From Eledone cirrhosa (taxonomy: Eukaryota): 64,000 nucleotides of DNA. Every line of letters starts with the position of its first letter. Position 1 is the first letter of the stretch. The stretch lies in the NCBI GenBank assembly GCA_964016885.1, contig OZ024740.1, positions 4,154,001 to 4,218,000 of the forward strand, in the 5' to 3' direction. This document shows positions 29,675-44,164 of the stretch, in pieces. The notes under the pieces are model-generated. The model saw nothing but the letters and a program-made list of their open reading frames with translations, was not told the DNA's origin and did no database searches. The position numbers and the translations under genes are program-made.

Positions 29675-29935
29675 GTTGTTGTTGATGTTATGATGTTGTT
29701 GCTGTTGGTGTTTTGATGTTGTTGTTGGTGTGATGTTGTTGTGAAGTTGTTGGTGTGATGTTGTTGGTGTTGTGATGTTGTTGTTGGTGTTTTGATGTTA
29801 TTGGTGTTGTGATGTTGTTGTTGGTGTTTTGATGTTATTGATGTTGTGATGTTGTTGTTGGTGTTTTGATGTTATTGGTGTTGTGATGTTGTTGTTGGTG
29901 TTTTGATGTTATTGATGTTGTGATGTTGTGATTTT
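29675..29935. repeat. GTT/GAT-rich degenerate minisatellite
   Basis: Repeats of GTGATGTTGTTGTTGGTGTTTTGATGTTATTG. Confidence 0.85.
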
Positions 29936-30957
29936 GTTGCTGTCAATATTTTATTTTAGTATTTGCTAACAATATATTCTTTTGGTTTTTCCTTAAAAAT
30001 AGAATAATTTGTCTGTAGAAAGTGCTAATGACATGTAACTTTAACAAGGTTATTTTCATTCAGTAGTCTGATGTCTTTTACTGAAGTGCCTGTCTTGTAA
30101 TTAAGGAATCAGCTGATTATAGAATAACTTCAGATAAATAATCAAAGCATTTGAAAGGTGAAACAGATGAAAGTGTTGGTTATCTTGACATATCATTATT
30201 GATGTAATTGTGGCTCTACACATGATCATGGATCCCTGACCTAGGATGACATCAGTCTCATCAGGCAAGAAGTAGTTTAACCTCAAGTGATCAGGCCCTA
30301 GTTCAAATCAAGGAAAGTCACCTTTGTTCAGTTAAAGAAACCCTAAAAAAACTCATAACCACTGTCTGTTTCTCCCTAACTAAAGATTAAAAATAAATGG
30401 TCAGGCTTGATTGTGCAGACTTAATCTCAACGGTCCCAAAGTTTTATGAGTGCGTAGGACTGTTGAATATGTCCATCAATTTGATTTGATGGTGATTTGA
30501 CTGTTATTTCTAGTAGGTTGAGTGGTCTCATTCACTTGTTAATAAGTTTATTACTGTTGTTTTTTTAGCCCCAGGTCAGGCAAGATTGAGATATATTAAC
30601 AAATACATTTCAGTAGGGTGTATTTTGAGTGAGATTTGGTTGCTATTTCTAACAGATCAAGTGAACTAGTAGTGGCTGCTCTGTTAGCTTGTTAATGGTA
30701 ATGAGATGTTTGGTAGAAACGCTTGAACAGTCAAACACAGATGTGTCTCAGGTACCTAATTATTTGGCTTTAAATTCTGGATAAATCATGCCAAGGACAA
30801 TTTTATTTTTCCTCTTTCAAGGGTCAACAAGCACTGTGGAGTAAGCTTGGTAAACATAGATCTGTACAGCGGGTGCTGCGGTACTTCACCTCCAAATGTA
30901 GGAGTTGATGTCTCATCAGGTGATGAAGTGTGTTTCAGCCCCTTCCACCACAGGTCC

Positions 30958-32345
30958 TACGACTTTCAGAAACATTTTTTCACACTCAGAGTTGCTGAAG
31001 CATGGAACAAACTACCTGCATAAGTTGCAAGCTGTTGGGACACTGCATCCTTTAAAACCTCCATGGAACAAACTACCTGCATGAGTTGCTAGCTGTTGGG
31101 ACACTGCATCCTTTAAAACCTCCATGGAACAAACTACCTGCATCAGTTGTTAGCTGTCGAGTCACTGCATCCTTTAAAACCTCCATGGAACAAACTACCT
31201 GCATCAGTTGTTAGCTGTCGAGACACTGCATCCTTTAAAACCTCCATGGAACAAACTACCTGCATCAGTTGTTAACTGTCGAGGCACTGCATCCTTTAAA
31301 ACCTCCATGGAACAAACTACCTGCATCAGTTGTTAGCTGTCGAGACACTGCATCCTTTAAAACCTCCATGGAACAAACTACCTGCATCAGTTGTTAGCTG
31401 TCGAGACACTGCATCCTTTAAAACCTCCATGGAACGAACTACCTGCATCAGTTGTTAGCTGTCGAGACACTGCATCCATTAAAACCTCCATGGAACAAAC
31501 TACCTGCATCAGTTGTTAGCTGTCGAGACACTGCATCCTTTAAAACCTCCATGGAACAAACTACCTGCATCAGTTGTTAGCTGTCGAGACACTGCATCCT
31601 TTAAAACCTCCATGGAACAAACTACCTGCATGAGTTGCTAGCTGTTGGGACACTGCATCATTTAAAACCTCCATGGAACAAACTACCTGCATCAGTTGTT
31701 AGCTGTCGAGGCACTGCATCCTTTAAAACCTCCATGGAACAAACTACCTGCATGAGTTGTTAGCTGTCGAGACACTGCATCCTTTAAAACCTCCATGGAA
31801 CAAACTACCTGCATGAGTTGTTAGCTGTTGGGACACTGCATCATTTAAAACCTCCATGGAACAAACTACCTGCATGAGTTGTTAGCTGTCGAGACAATGC
31901 ATCCTTTAAAACCTCCATGGAACAAACTACCTGCATGAGTTGCTAGCTGTTGGGACACTGCATCATTTAAAACCTCCATGGAACAAACTACCTGCATCAG
32001 TTGTTAGCTGTCGAGACACTGCATCCTTTAAAACCTCCATGGAACAAACTACCTGCATGAGTTGTTAGCTGTTGGGACACTGCATCATTTAAAACCTCCA
32101 TGGAACAAACTACCTGCATGAGTTGCTAGCTGTTGGGACACTGCATCCATTAAAACCTCCATGCTTCCTGAAATTCGCCAACACTACACCTAATATTCCC
32201 CCTCCATACACGCACACATGTATATCATAACTCATACACTATTCACATCCCTGACATTTGTATATTATTCTATGTACTATACATACACCTTTGTCGAGTT
32301 GTAGTGCACCTGAGCACTGTACACAATAATTTCATTATTATTATT
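30958..32345 (+). mobile_element. CR1-clade LINE 3' end containing a 19-copy 61-bp tandem array (31001-32160)
   Basis: DFQKHFFTLRVAEA is followed by the unit CATGGAACAAACTACCTGCATCAGTTGTTAGCTGTCGAGACACTGCATCCTTTAAAACCTC x19, then MLPEIRQHYT*, 3'UTR and (TTA)n tail. Confidence 0.92.
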
Positions 32346-32351
32346 AGTAGC

Positions 32352-35300
32352 ACCAGAACTACTAGACACCACCCTCCAATGATATTCCTGCACCACAACA
32401 CCACCACTACCTCACACCACCCTCTAATGATATTCCTGCACCACAACACCACAACTAGGTGACACCACCCTCCAATGATATTCCTAAACCACAACACCAC
32501 AACTAGGTGACACCACCCTCCAATGATACTCCTGCACCACAACACCACCACTACCTCACACCACCCTCCAATGATATTCCTGAACCACAAACCACCACTA
32601 CCTCACACCACCCTCCAATGATATTCCTGCACCACAACATCACAACTCCTTCAAACCACCCTCCAATGATATTCCTGCACCACAACACCACAACTACCTC
32701 ACACCACACTCCAATGATATTCCTGCACCACAACACCACAACTACTAGACACCACCCTCCAATGATATTCCTGCACCACAACACCACCACTACTTCACAC
32801 CACCGTCCAATGATATTCCTGCACCACAACACCACAACTACCTCACACCACCCTCCAATGATATTCCTGCACCACAACACCACAACTACCTCACACCACC
32901 CTCCAATGATATTCCTGCACCACAACACAACCACTACCTCACACCACCCTCCAATGATATTCCTGCACCACAACACCACATCAACCTCACACCACCCTCC
33001 AATAATATTCCTGCACCACAACACCACCACTACCTCACCCCACCCTCCAATGATATTCCTGCACCACAACACCACCTCTACCTCACACCACCCTCCAATA
33101 ATATTCCTGCACCACAACACCACCTCTACCTCACACCACCCTCCAATGATATTCCTGCACCACAACACCACAACTACCTCACACCACCCTCCAATGATAT
33201 TCCTGCACCACAACTCAACCACTACCTCACACCACCCTCCAATGATATTCCTGCACCACAACACCACCTCTACCTCACACCACCCTCCAATAATATTCCT
33301 GCACCACAACACCACCACTACCTCACCCCACCCTCCAATGATATTCCTGCACCACAACACCACAACTACCTCACACCACCCTCCAATGATATTCCTGCAC
33401 CACAACACCACAACTACCTCACACCACCCTCCAATGATATTCCTGCACCACAACACCACCACTACCTCACACCACCCTCCAATGATATTCCTGCACCACA
33501 ACACCACCACTACTTGACAGCACCCTCCAATGATATTCCTGCACCACAACACCACCACTACCTCACACCACCCTCCAATGATATTCCTGCACCACAACAC
33601 CACCACTACTTGACACCACCCTCCAATGATATTCCTGCACCACAACACCACAACTACCTCACACCACCCTCCAATGATATTCCTGCACCACAACACCACA
33701 ACTACCTCACACCACCCTCCAATGATATTCCTGCACCACAACACCACCTCTACCTCACACCACCCTCCAATGATATTCCTGCACCACAACACCACAACTA
33801 CTAGACACCACCCTCCAATGATATTCCTGCACCACAACACCACCTCTACCTCACACCACCCTCCAATGATATTCCTGCACCACAACACCACCACTGCTTG
33901 ACACCACCCTCCAATGATATTCCTGCACCACAACACCACAACTACTTCACACCACCCTCCAATGATATTCCTGCACCACAACACCACAACTACTAGACAC
34001 CACCCTCTAATGATATTCCTGCACCACAACACCACAAATAGGTGACACCACCCTCCAATGATATTCCTGCACCAGAACACCACATCTACCTCACACCACC
34101 CTCCAATGATATTCCTGCACCACAACACCACCACTACCTCACACCACCCTCCAATGATATTCCTGCACCACAACACCACCACTACCTCACACCACCCTCC
34201 AATGATATTCCTGCACCACAACACCACCAGTACCTCACACCACCCTCCAATGATATTCCTGCACCACAACACCACCACTACCTCACACCACCCTCCAATG
34301 ATATTCCTGCACCAGAACACCACCTCTACCTCACACCACCCTCCAATGATATTCCTGCACCACAACACCACCACTACTTGACAGCACCCTCCAATGATAT
34401 TCCTGCACCACAACACCACCACTACCTCACACCACCCTCCAATGATATTCCTGCACCACAACACCACCACTACTTGACACCACCCTCCAATGATATTCCT
34501 GCACCACAACACCACAACTACCTCACACCACCCTCCAATGATATTCCTGCACCACAACACCACAACTACCTCACACCACCCTCCAATGATATTCCTGCAC
34601 CACAACACCACCTCTACCTCACACCACCCTCCAATGATATTCCTGCACCACAACACCACAACTACTAGACACCACCCTCCAATGATATTCCTGCACCACA
34701 ACACCACCTCTACCTCACACCACCCTCCAATGATATTCCTGCACCACAACACCACCACTACTTGACACCACCCTCCAATGATATTCCTGCACCACAACAC
34801 CACAACTACTTCACACCACCCTCCAATGATATTCCTGCACCACAACACCACAACTACTAGACACCACCCTCTAATGATATTCCTGCACCACAACACCACA
34901 TCTACCTCACACCACCCTCCAATGATATTCCTGCACCACAACACCACCACTACCTCACACCACCCTCCAATGATATTCCTGCACCACAACACCACCACTA
35001 CCTCACACCACCCTCCAATGATATTCCTGCACCACAACACCACCACTACCTCACACCACCCTCCAATGATATTCCTGCACCACAACACCACCACTACCTC
35101 ACACCACCCTCCAATGATATTCCTGCACCACAACACCACCTCTACCTCACACCACCCTCCAATGATATTCCTGCACCACAACACCACTACTACCTCACAC
35201 CACCCTCCAATGATATTCCTGCACCACAACACCACCACTACCTCACACCACCCTCCAATGATATTCCTGCACCACAACACCACCACTACTTGACACCACC

Positions 35301-38300
35301 ATCTAATGATATTCCTGCACCACAACACCACAACTAGGTGACACCACCCTCCAATGATATTCCTGCACCACAACACCACAACTACTAGACACCACCCTCC
35401 AATGATATTCCTGCACCACAACACCACATCTACCTCACACCACCCTCCAATGATATTCCTGCACCACAACACCACCACTACCTCACACCAGCCTCCAATG
35501 ATATTCCTGCACCACAACACCACCACTACCTCACACCAGCCTCCAATGATATTCCTGCACCACAACACCACAACTACTAGAGACCACCCTCCAATGATAT
35601 TCCTGCACCACAACACCACAACTAGGAGACACTACCCTCCAATGATATTCCTGCACCACAACACCACCACTACCTCACACCACCCTCTAATGATATTCCT
35701 GCACCACAACACCACAACTAGGTGACACCACCCTCCAATGATATTCCTGCACCAGAACACCACCACTACCTCACACCACCCTCTAATGATATTCCTGCAC
35801 CACAACACCACAACTACTAGACACCACCCTCCAATGATATTCCTGCACCACAACACCACCACAACCTCACACCACCCTCTAATGATATTCCTGCACCACA
35901 ACACCACAACTAGGTGACACCACCCTCCAATGATATTCCTGCACCACAACACCACCACTACTTCACACCAGCCTCCAATGATATTTCTGCACCACAACAC
36001 CACCACTACTTGACACCACCCTCCAATGATATTCCTGCACCACAACACCACCACTACTTGACACCACCCTCTAATGATATTCCTGCACCACAACACCACC
36101 ACTACCTCACACCACCCTCCAATGATATTCCTGCACCACAACACCACCTATACCTCACACCACCCTCCAATGATATTCCTGCACCACAACACCACAGCTA
36201 CCTCACACCACTCTCCAATGATATTCCTGCACCACAACACCACAACTACCTCACACCACCCTCCAATGATATTCCTGCACCACAACACCACCACTACTTG
36301 ACACCACCCTCTAATGATATTCCTGCACCACAACACCACCACTACCTCACACCACCCTCCAATGATATTCCTGCACCACCACACCACCTCTACCTCACAC
36401 CACCCTCCAATGATATTCCTGCACCACAACACCACCACTACTTGACACCACCCTCTAATGATATTCCTGCACCACAACACCACAACTACTAGACACCACC
36501 CTCCAATGATATTCCTGCACCACAACACCACATCTACCTCACATCACCCTCCAATGATATTCCTGCACCACAACACCACAACTACCTCACACCACCCTCC
36601 AATGATATTCCTGCACCACAACACCACAACTACTTCACACCACCCTCTAATGATATTCCTGCACCACAACACCACCTCTACCTCACACCACCCTCCAATG
36701 ATATTCCTGCACCACAACACCACAACTACTAGACACCACCCTCCAATCATATTCCTGCACCACAACACCACAACTACCTCACACCACCCTCCAATGATAT
36801 TCCTGCACCACAACACCACAACTACTAGACACCACCCTCCAATGATATTCCTGCACCACAACACCACCACTACCTCACACCACCCTCTAATGATATTCCT
36901 GCACCACAACACCACAAATAGGTGACACCACCCTCCAATGATATTCCTGCACCAGAACACCACAACTACCTCACACCACCCTCCAATGATATTCATGCCC
37001 CACAACACCACAGCTAGGTGACACCACCCTCCAATGATATTCCTGCACCACAACACCACCACTACCTCACACCACCCTCTAATGATATTCCTGCACCACA
37101 ACACCACAACTAGGTGACACCACCCTCCAATGATATTCCTGCACCACAACACCACAACTACCTCACACCACCCTCCAATGATATTCCTGCACCACAACAC
37201 CACCACTACCTCACACCACCCTCTAATGATATTCCTGCACCACAACAGCACAACTAGGTGACACCACCCTCCAATGATATTCCTGCACTACAACACCACC
37301 ACTACCTCACACCACCCTCTAATGATATTCCTGCACCACAACAGCACAACTAGGTGACACCACCCTCCAATGATATTCCTGCACCACAACACCACAACTA
37401 GGTGACACCACCCTCCAATGATATTCCTGCACCACAACACCACAACTACTAGACACCACCCTCCAATGATATTCCTGCACCACAACACCACAACTAGGTG
37501 ACACCACCCTCCAATGATATTCCTGCACCACAACACCACAACTAGGTGACACCACCCTCCAATGATATTCCTGCACCACAACACCACAACTAGGTGACAC
37601 CACCCTCCAATGATATTCCTGCACCACAACACCACAACTACTAGACACCACCCTCCAATGATATTCCTGCACCACAACACCACAACTAGGGGACACCACC
37701 CTCCAATGATATTCCTGCACCACAACACCACCACTACCTCACACCAGCCTCCAATGATATTCCTGCACCACAACACCACAACTAGGTGACACCACCCTCC
37801 AATGATATTCCTGCACCACAACACCTCCACTACCTCACACCACCCTCCAATGATATTCCTGCACCACAACACCGCCACTACCTCACACCACCCTCTAATG
37901 ATATTCCTGCACCACAACAGCACAACTAGGTGACACCACCCTCCAATGATATTCCTGCACCACAACACCACAACTACTAGACACCACCCTCCAATGATAT
38001 TCCTGCACCACAACACCACAACTAGGTGACACCACCCTCCAATGATATTCCTGCACCACAACACCACAACTACTAGACACCACCCTCCAATGATATTCCT
38101 GCACCACAACACCACAACTAGGTGACACCACCCTCCAATGATATTCCTGCACCACAACACCACAACTAGGTGACACCGCCCTCCAATGATATTCCTGCAC
38201 CACAACACCACCACTACTTCACACCAGCCTCCAATGATATTCCTGCACCACAACACCACCACTACTTCACACCACCCTCCAATGATATTCCTGCACCACA

Positions 38301-41056
38301 ACACCACCACTACCTCACACCACCCTCCATGATATTCCTGCATCACAACACCACCACTACCTCACACCACCACTACCTCACACCACCCTCCAATGATATT
38401 CCTGCACCACAACACCACAACTACCTCACACCACCCTCCAATGATATTCCTGCACCACAATACCACGTCTACCTCACACCACCCTCCAATGATATTCCTG
38501 CACCACAACACCACCTCTACCTCACACCAGCCTCCAATGATATTCCTGCACCACAACACCACCACTACCTCACACCACCCTCTAATGATATTCCTGCACC
38601 ACAACACCACCACTACCTCACACCACCCTCCAATGATATTCCTGCACCACAACACCACCTCTACCTCACACCACCCTCCAATGATATTCCTGCACCACAA
38701 CACCACCTCTACCTCACACCAGCCTCCAATGATATTCCTGCACCACAACACCACAACTAGGTGACACCACCCTCCAATGATATTCCTGCACCACAACACC
38801 ACCTCTACCTCACACCACCCTCCAATGATATTCCTGGACCATAACACCACCTCTACCTCACACCACCCTCTAATGATATTCCTGCACCACAACACCACAA
38901 CTAGGTGACACCACCCTCCAATGATATTCCTGCACCACAACACCACAACTAGGTGACACCACCCTCTAATGATATTCCTGCACCACAACACCACAACTAG
39001 GTGACACCACCCTCCAATGATATTCCTGCACCACAACACCACCACTACTTCACACCAGCCTCCAATGATATTCCTGCACCACAACACCACAACTACTAGA
39101 CACCACCCTCCAATGATATTCCTGCACCACAACACCACAACTAGGTGACACCACCCTCCAATGATATTCCTGCACCACAACACCACAACTAGGTGACACC
39201 ACCCTCCACTGATATTCCTGCACCACAACACCACCACTACTTCACACCAGCCTCCAATGATATTCCTGCACCACAACACCACCACTACTTGACACGACCC
39301 TCCAATGATATTCCTGCACCACAACACCACAACTACCTTACACCACCCTCCAATGATATTCCTGCACCACAACACCACAACTAGGTGACACCACCCTCCA
39401 ATGATATTCCTGCACCACAACACCACAACTAGGTGACACCACCCTCCAATGATATTCCTGCACCACAACACCACAACTACTAGACACCACCCTCCAATGA
39501 TATTCCTGCACCACAACACCACAACTACTTGACACCACCCTCCAATGATATTCCTGCACCACAACACCACAACTACTAGACACCACCCTCCAATGATATT
39601 CCTGCACCACAACACCACCACTACCTCACACCACCCTCCAATGATATTCCTGCACCACAACACCACCACTACTTCACACCACCCTCCAATGATATTCCTG
39701 CACCACAACACCACAACTACTAGACACGACCCTCCAATGATATTCCTGCACCACAACACCACCACTACCTCACACCACCCTCCAATGATATTCCTGCACC
39801 ACAACACCACCACTACTTCACACCACCCTCCAATGATATTCCTGCACCACAACACCACCACTACTTCACACCACCCTCCAATGATATTCCTGCACCACAA
39901 CACCACAACTAGGTGACACCACCCTCCAATGATATTCCTGCACCACAACACCACAACTACTAGACACCACCCTCCAATGATATTCCTGCACCACAACACC
40001 ACAACTACTAGACACCACCCTCCAATGATATTCCTGCACCACAACACCACATCTACTTCACACCACCCTCCAATGATATTCCTGCACCACAACACCACAA
40101 CTACTAGACACCACTCTCCAATGATATCCCTGCACCACAACACCACAACTACTTCACACCACCCTCCAATGAAATTCCTGAACCACAACACCACCACTAC
40201 CTCACACCACCCTCCAATGATATTCCTGCACCACGACACCACAACTACTTGACACCACCCTCCAACAATATTCCTGCACCACAACACCACAACTACTAGA
40301 CACCACCCTCCAATGATATTCCTGCACCACAACACCACAACTACTAGACACCACCCTCCACTGATATTCCTGCACCACAACACCACCACTACCTCACACC
40401 ACCCTCCAATGATATTCCTGCACCACAACACAACCACTACCTCACACCACCCTCCAATGATATTCCTGCACCACAACACAACCACTACCTCACACCACCC
40501 TCCAATGATATTCCTGCACCACAACACCACCACTACCTCACACCACCCTCCAATGATATTCCTGCACCACAACACCTCCACTACCTCACACCACCCTCCA
40601 ATGATATTCCTGCACCACAACACCACAACTAGGTGACACCACCCTCCAATGATATTCCTGCACCACAACACCACAACTACTTCACACCACCCTCCAATGA
40701 TATTCCTGCACCACAACACCACCACTACCTCACACCACCCTCCAATGATATTCCTGCACCACAACACCACAACTAGGTGACACCACCCTCCAATGATATT
40801 CCTGCACCACAACACCACAACTAGGTGACACCACCCTCCACTGATATTCCTGCACCACAACACCACCACTACTTCACACCACCCTCCAATGATTTTCCTG
40901 CACCACAACACCACAACTAGGTGACACCACCCTCCAATGATATTCATGCACCACAACACCTCAACTAGGTGACACCACCCTCCAATGATATTCCTGCACC
41001 ACAACACCACAACTAGGTGACACCACCCTCCAATGATATTCCTGCACCACAACACA
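32352..41056. repeat. 48-bp tandem satellite, ~181 copies
   Basis: Unit CACCCTCCAATGATATTCCTGCACCACAACACCACAACTACCTCACAC. An 864-bp block duplication is seen (ORFs 33626 and 34490). Confidence 0.98.
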
Positions 41057-41224
41057 ATCTTTAGTGAGTCTCATGTAACTCTATCCAGTGTCAGAACAGC
41101 AGGAAGTTTATTGGGAGCCTTTCACATCATTTGCCCTATATCCTTCTCGTTATATACTAAAGGATAAAACCAATTAAAATGTCTACCACAGAAATCTTTT
41201 CTCTGTAACTATGGATACACACAA

Positions 41225-41835
41225 ATCTTAGCGGCATAGAGTCGTGGTCCTTTACATTCTGAGTTCAAATCCTGCTGAGATTACCTTTGCTTCTCATCCT
41301 TACGGGGTGACAATAAAATAAAGCACCAGTAATGCACTGGGGTCGATTTAATTGACTTTCCCTTTCCCTCAAAGTTGTTGTCCTTGTGTCTAAATCAGAA
41401 AACATTATTATTATTATAAGGGCAGTGGATTGGCAGAATCTGTAGAGCGTGAGACACCAAGCTTTGACGCATAGAGTTACGGCCCTTGCCATTCTGAGTT
41501 CAAATCCCGCCGAGGTTAACTTTGCCTTTCATCCTTACGGGGGTCGATAAAATAAAGAACCAGTAATGCACTGGGTAATTGCTGACTTTGTGCCAAAAGT
41601 AGAAATAATTATTATAAGGGCAGTAGATTGGCAGAATCGGTAGAGCGTCGGACATGATGCTTTGTGGCATATAGTTACATCCCTTTATATTCTGTGTTTA
41701 ATTCCCACAGATGCTAGCTTTGCCTTTCATCCTTACAGGGTCGATAAAATAAAGTACCAGTAACACACTGGGGCCAATTAATTGACTTTGCCCTCCCCTT
41801 CAAATTGCTGGCCTTGTGCCTCATATAGAAACTAT
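41225..41835 (+). mobile_element. Three tandem tRNA-derived SINE units (Nin/Deu-type core)
   Basis: Units at ~41225 (5' truncated), ~41418 and ~41616, with TGGCAGAATC(G/T)GTAGAGCG, GAGTTCAAATCC, CTTTGCCTTTCATCCTTACGGGGTCGATAAAATAAAG and ATT-rich tails. Confidence 0.85.
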
Positions 41836-42027
41836 TGTTGTTGTTGTTTCCAGACAACCTTCTTCTTTCATATGACATAATCCTGTCTTGGGGAGTCTAT
41901 TGTTGATGGGGGGGTGTTTTGTTGTTGTTTGGTGGGGGATTGTTGTTTTACTCTGAAAGGCAACTTTCCAAATGTTCAACATTTATAGAAACTAATTCAG
42001 ACAGAGAAGTCAACATCTTCAACAATA

Positions 42028-42460
42028 ACACCACCACCACCACCACCACCACCTCCACCACCCCTACCACCACCACCACCACCACCACCACCACCCCTAC
42101 CACCACCACCACCAACAACACCACCACCACCAACACCTCCACCACCACCACCACCACCAACACCTCCACCACCCCTACCACCACCATCACCAACACCTCC
42201 ACCACCCCTACCACCACCACCACCACCACCAACACCACCACCACCACCAACACCACCACCACCACCAACACCACCAACACCTCCACCACCCCTACCACCA
42301 CCACCACCACCACCACCAACACCACCACCACCACCACCACCACCATCTTCAACACCACCAACACCAACAACCACCACCAACACCACCATCTCCAACACCA
42401 CCAACACCAACACCACCATCACCACCATCACCACCACCACCACCATGACCATCATCATAT
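42028..42460. repeat. (ACC)n trinucleotide low-complexity tract
   Basis: Directly visible; source of the poly-T/V/G ORFs. Confidence 0.95.
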
Positions 42461-43104
42461 TTGAATACTTTAAAAAAAAAAAATCACCTGATTGATTATA
42501 GATAAATTCTTCCAGAGTGTAATGATTGAATAGAGGCAATTAACTGGCAGCTGTGATGAGAGAGTGAGAGGGGGAGGGGGAGTGTGGGAGAGAGAAAGTG
42601 GAGTGTGTAAAAGAGAGAGAGGGAGAGTATGTGGGAGAGGAAGAGAGGAGTAGAGAGAGAAGAGAGAAAGGAGAGAGAGTGTAAAGAAGATATAGGGAGT
42701 AAAAGAGATAAAGAGTGATAAGTGAGATAGAGGGAGAGTAAACACACATGGTGAGAAGAGAAAGAGAGGAGGAGGAGAAGGAGGAGAAAAAGTAAAAAAG
42801 GGAGTAAAAGTGCTAAGAGAATGAGAGAGGGGGGAGTCCATTGAATTACCATGTAGACAAAAAGAAGTGTAGCAAGTGGCAAATATCTCCAAGACAGAAT
42901 GATAATAATACAGAGTTTAGACAAGTGGGACTATCTCCCAAGTAAACATGTTCTATATTGAGTTTAATTATATAGTAACTAATGGTTCTGACAATCTGGC
43001 GGAGACTTATACGAGAAGAACGGGAAACCTAATTATGAATGAAGCAAACATAAAAGAGGTAAAAATCATTGTTACAATTCTATGATTATTTGAAAGGAGG
43101 AAGT

Positions 43105-43407
43105 GTGGTAATTTAAATAGATAAAGTTACTGTGTGTAAAACACACACTGTTCAATATTTTGAGCTATTGGTTCTTTATCGAGGAAGAAAACAGAGAATT
43201 CCATGAAAGATTCAGTGGTAGTTTACTGTGTATAAAAGACTGACTGTTCAATATTTTGGGCTATTGGCTCTTTATCAAGGAAGGAAAGAGAGAGTTCCAT
43301 GAGATGATCTGTGGTAGTTTAAATAGAAGGGTGACACATGTTTGGGGCTACAAGCTTTTTATTGAGGAAAAGAAAGCTCTATGAGAAGATTTGTGGTAGT
43401 TAAAATA
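43105..43407. repeat. Old degenerate ~100-bp tandem repeat, ~3 copies
   Basis: Recurring GTGGTAGTTTA...CTGTTCAATATTTTG.GCTATTGG.TCTTTATC.AGGAAG...TTCCATGA. Confidence 0.7.
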
Positions 43408-43659
43408 TCCCACTCATCTTATCCATGTCCAACTTACATACTCCCTCCCTTCCCCACCTTCCATGCTCCTCGGGTACCTGCCTGTCATACATTCAAGCAT
43501 GGCAAGATGGATACGCTCCAAATCGGCCCTCCTCTTTTCCATAATACTGTTGACATTAACAGCTCTTTGTTCACCCTGTATGGTTATCCGGTGCCACATC
43601 AAAAGCACCGAATTCATCCAGTTATGTAGTCATACTGATAACAAGAGGCACTCTATAAG

Positions 43660-44010
43660 ATGGTGCTGGTGACATGGCAGGGCTCCACCCCCCCACCCCC
43701 CAGTCCACCCTCTATAGAGATCGTGCTTGTGACATGAGAAAAGTACACAGGCCACCCTGTTGAGTGGTCGTGCTGGTGACATAAGGAAATAAGCACTCAG
43801 GTGGTCATTCTGGTGACACAACAAAAAATGCCCAGACCAATGCTGTAAGGTGGTGATTGTGCTGGTGACATTACAAAAAGCACTCAGTCCACCCTATAAT
43901 GTGGTTGTAGCCTGTCTACCTTGTAAGGTGGTCATGTTGGTGACACAGCAAAAACTACCCAGTTTACCTTGTAAGGTGGTCGTTTTGGTACCATGATAAA
44001 AATCACAACG
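43660..44010 (+). repeat. Degenerate ~50-bp tandem repeat related to the RTE 3'UTR
   Basis: Recurring GTGCTGGTGACA...AAAAA..CAC.CAGTCCAC.CT.TAA.GTGGT, similar to the GGTAACACGGTAAAAACCTCCCAGTCCACACTGTAAATGTGGT segment at 48440-48483. Confidence 0.6.
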
Positions 44011-44128
44011 CCAGCACCAACAGTTTTGCAAGAGATGTCAACATGAATGGAGCTGTTATTTTTATCTAAAGACATTTTATCCAATTCCAACCCGCGCGTC
44101 CCCCCAATCTATCTTATTTCTCATTATT

Positions 44129-44164
44129 TCTTCTGATGAAGGACTAGCGCCCGAAACTTTAAGA
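44129..44164 (+). ncRNA. Minimal type I hammerhead motif (Penelope-like), probably mutated in stem III
   Basis: ucuu CUGAUGA a gg.c[uagc]g.cc GAAA cuuu aaga. Stem I is ucuu/aaga; stem III reads ACUU-U instead of the palindromic ACGU-H. Confidence 0.55.

Larger units (their letters stand above)
41953..43575 (-). other. Candidate exon cluster of an unidentified gene or pseudogene (43575-43438, 43028-42850, 42550-42488, 42017-41953)
   Basis: AG/GT-bounded stop-free segments: GEQRAVNVNSIMEKRRADLERIHLAMLECMTGRYPRSMEGGEGREY|gtaagt; VSRSSRISLRQIVRTISYY...|gtaatt; polyY-cag|LPVNCLYSIITLWKNLSIINQ|gtgatt; MLTSLSELVSINVEHLESCLS|gtaaaa. One phase incompatibility, and no protein family recognised. Confidence 0.3.

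Noticed and set aside
32551-41055. 1022-aa and 897-aa ORFs as real genes
   Set aside because: They are translations of a 48-bp (16-codon) satellite, broken by indels and stops, with no credible start or domain.
32352-41056. CRISPR-like array (constant repeat plus variable segment)
   Set aside because: The variable part is only ~10 nt drawn from a few recurring alleles, not unique spacers. The context is eukaryotic and there are no cas genes.
41418-41510. tRNA gene (A and B boxes)
   Set aside because: No cloverleaf, box spacing is too long, and the sequence continues into a SINE core; these are SINE heads.
41919-42539. Mucin-like Thr-rich, poly-Val or poly-Gly ORFs
   Set aside because: (ACC)n microsatellite that is open in several frames.
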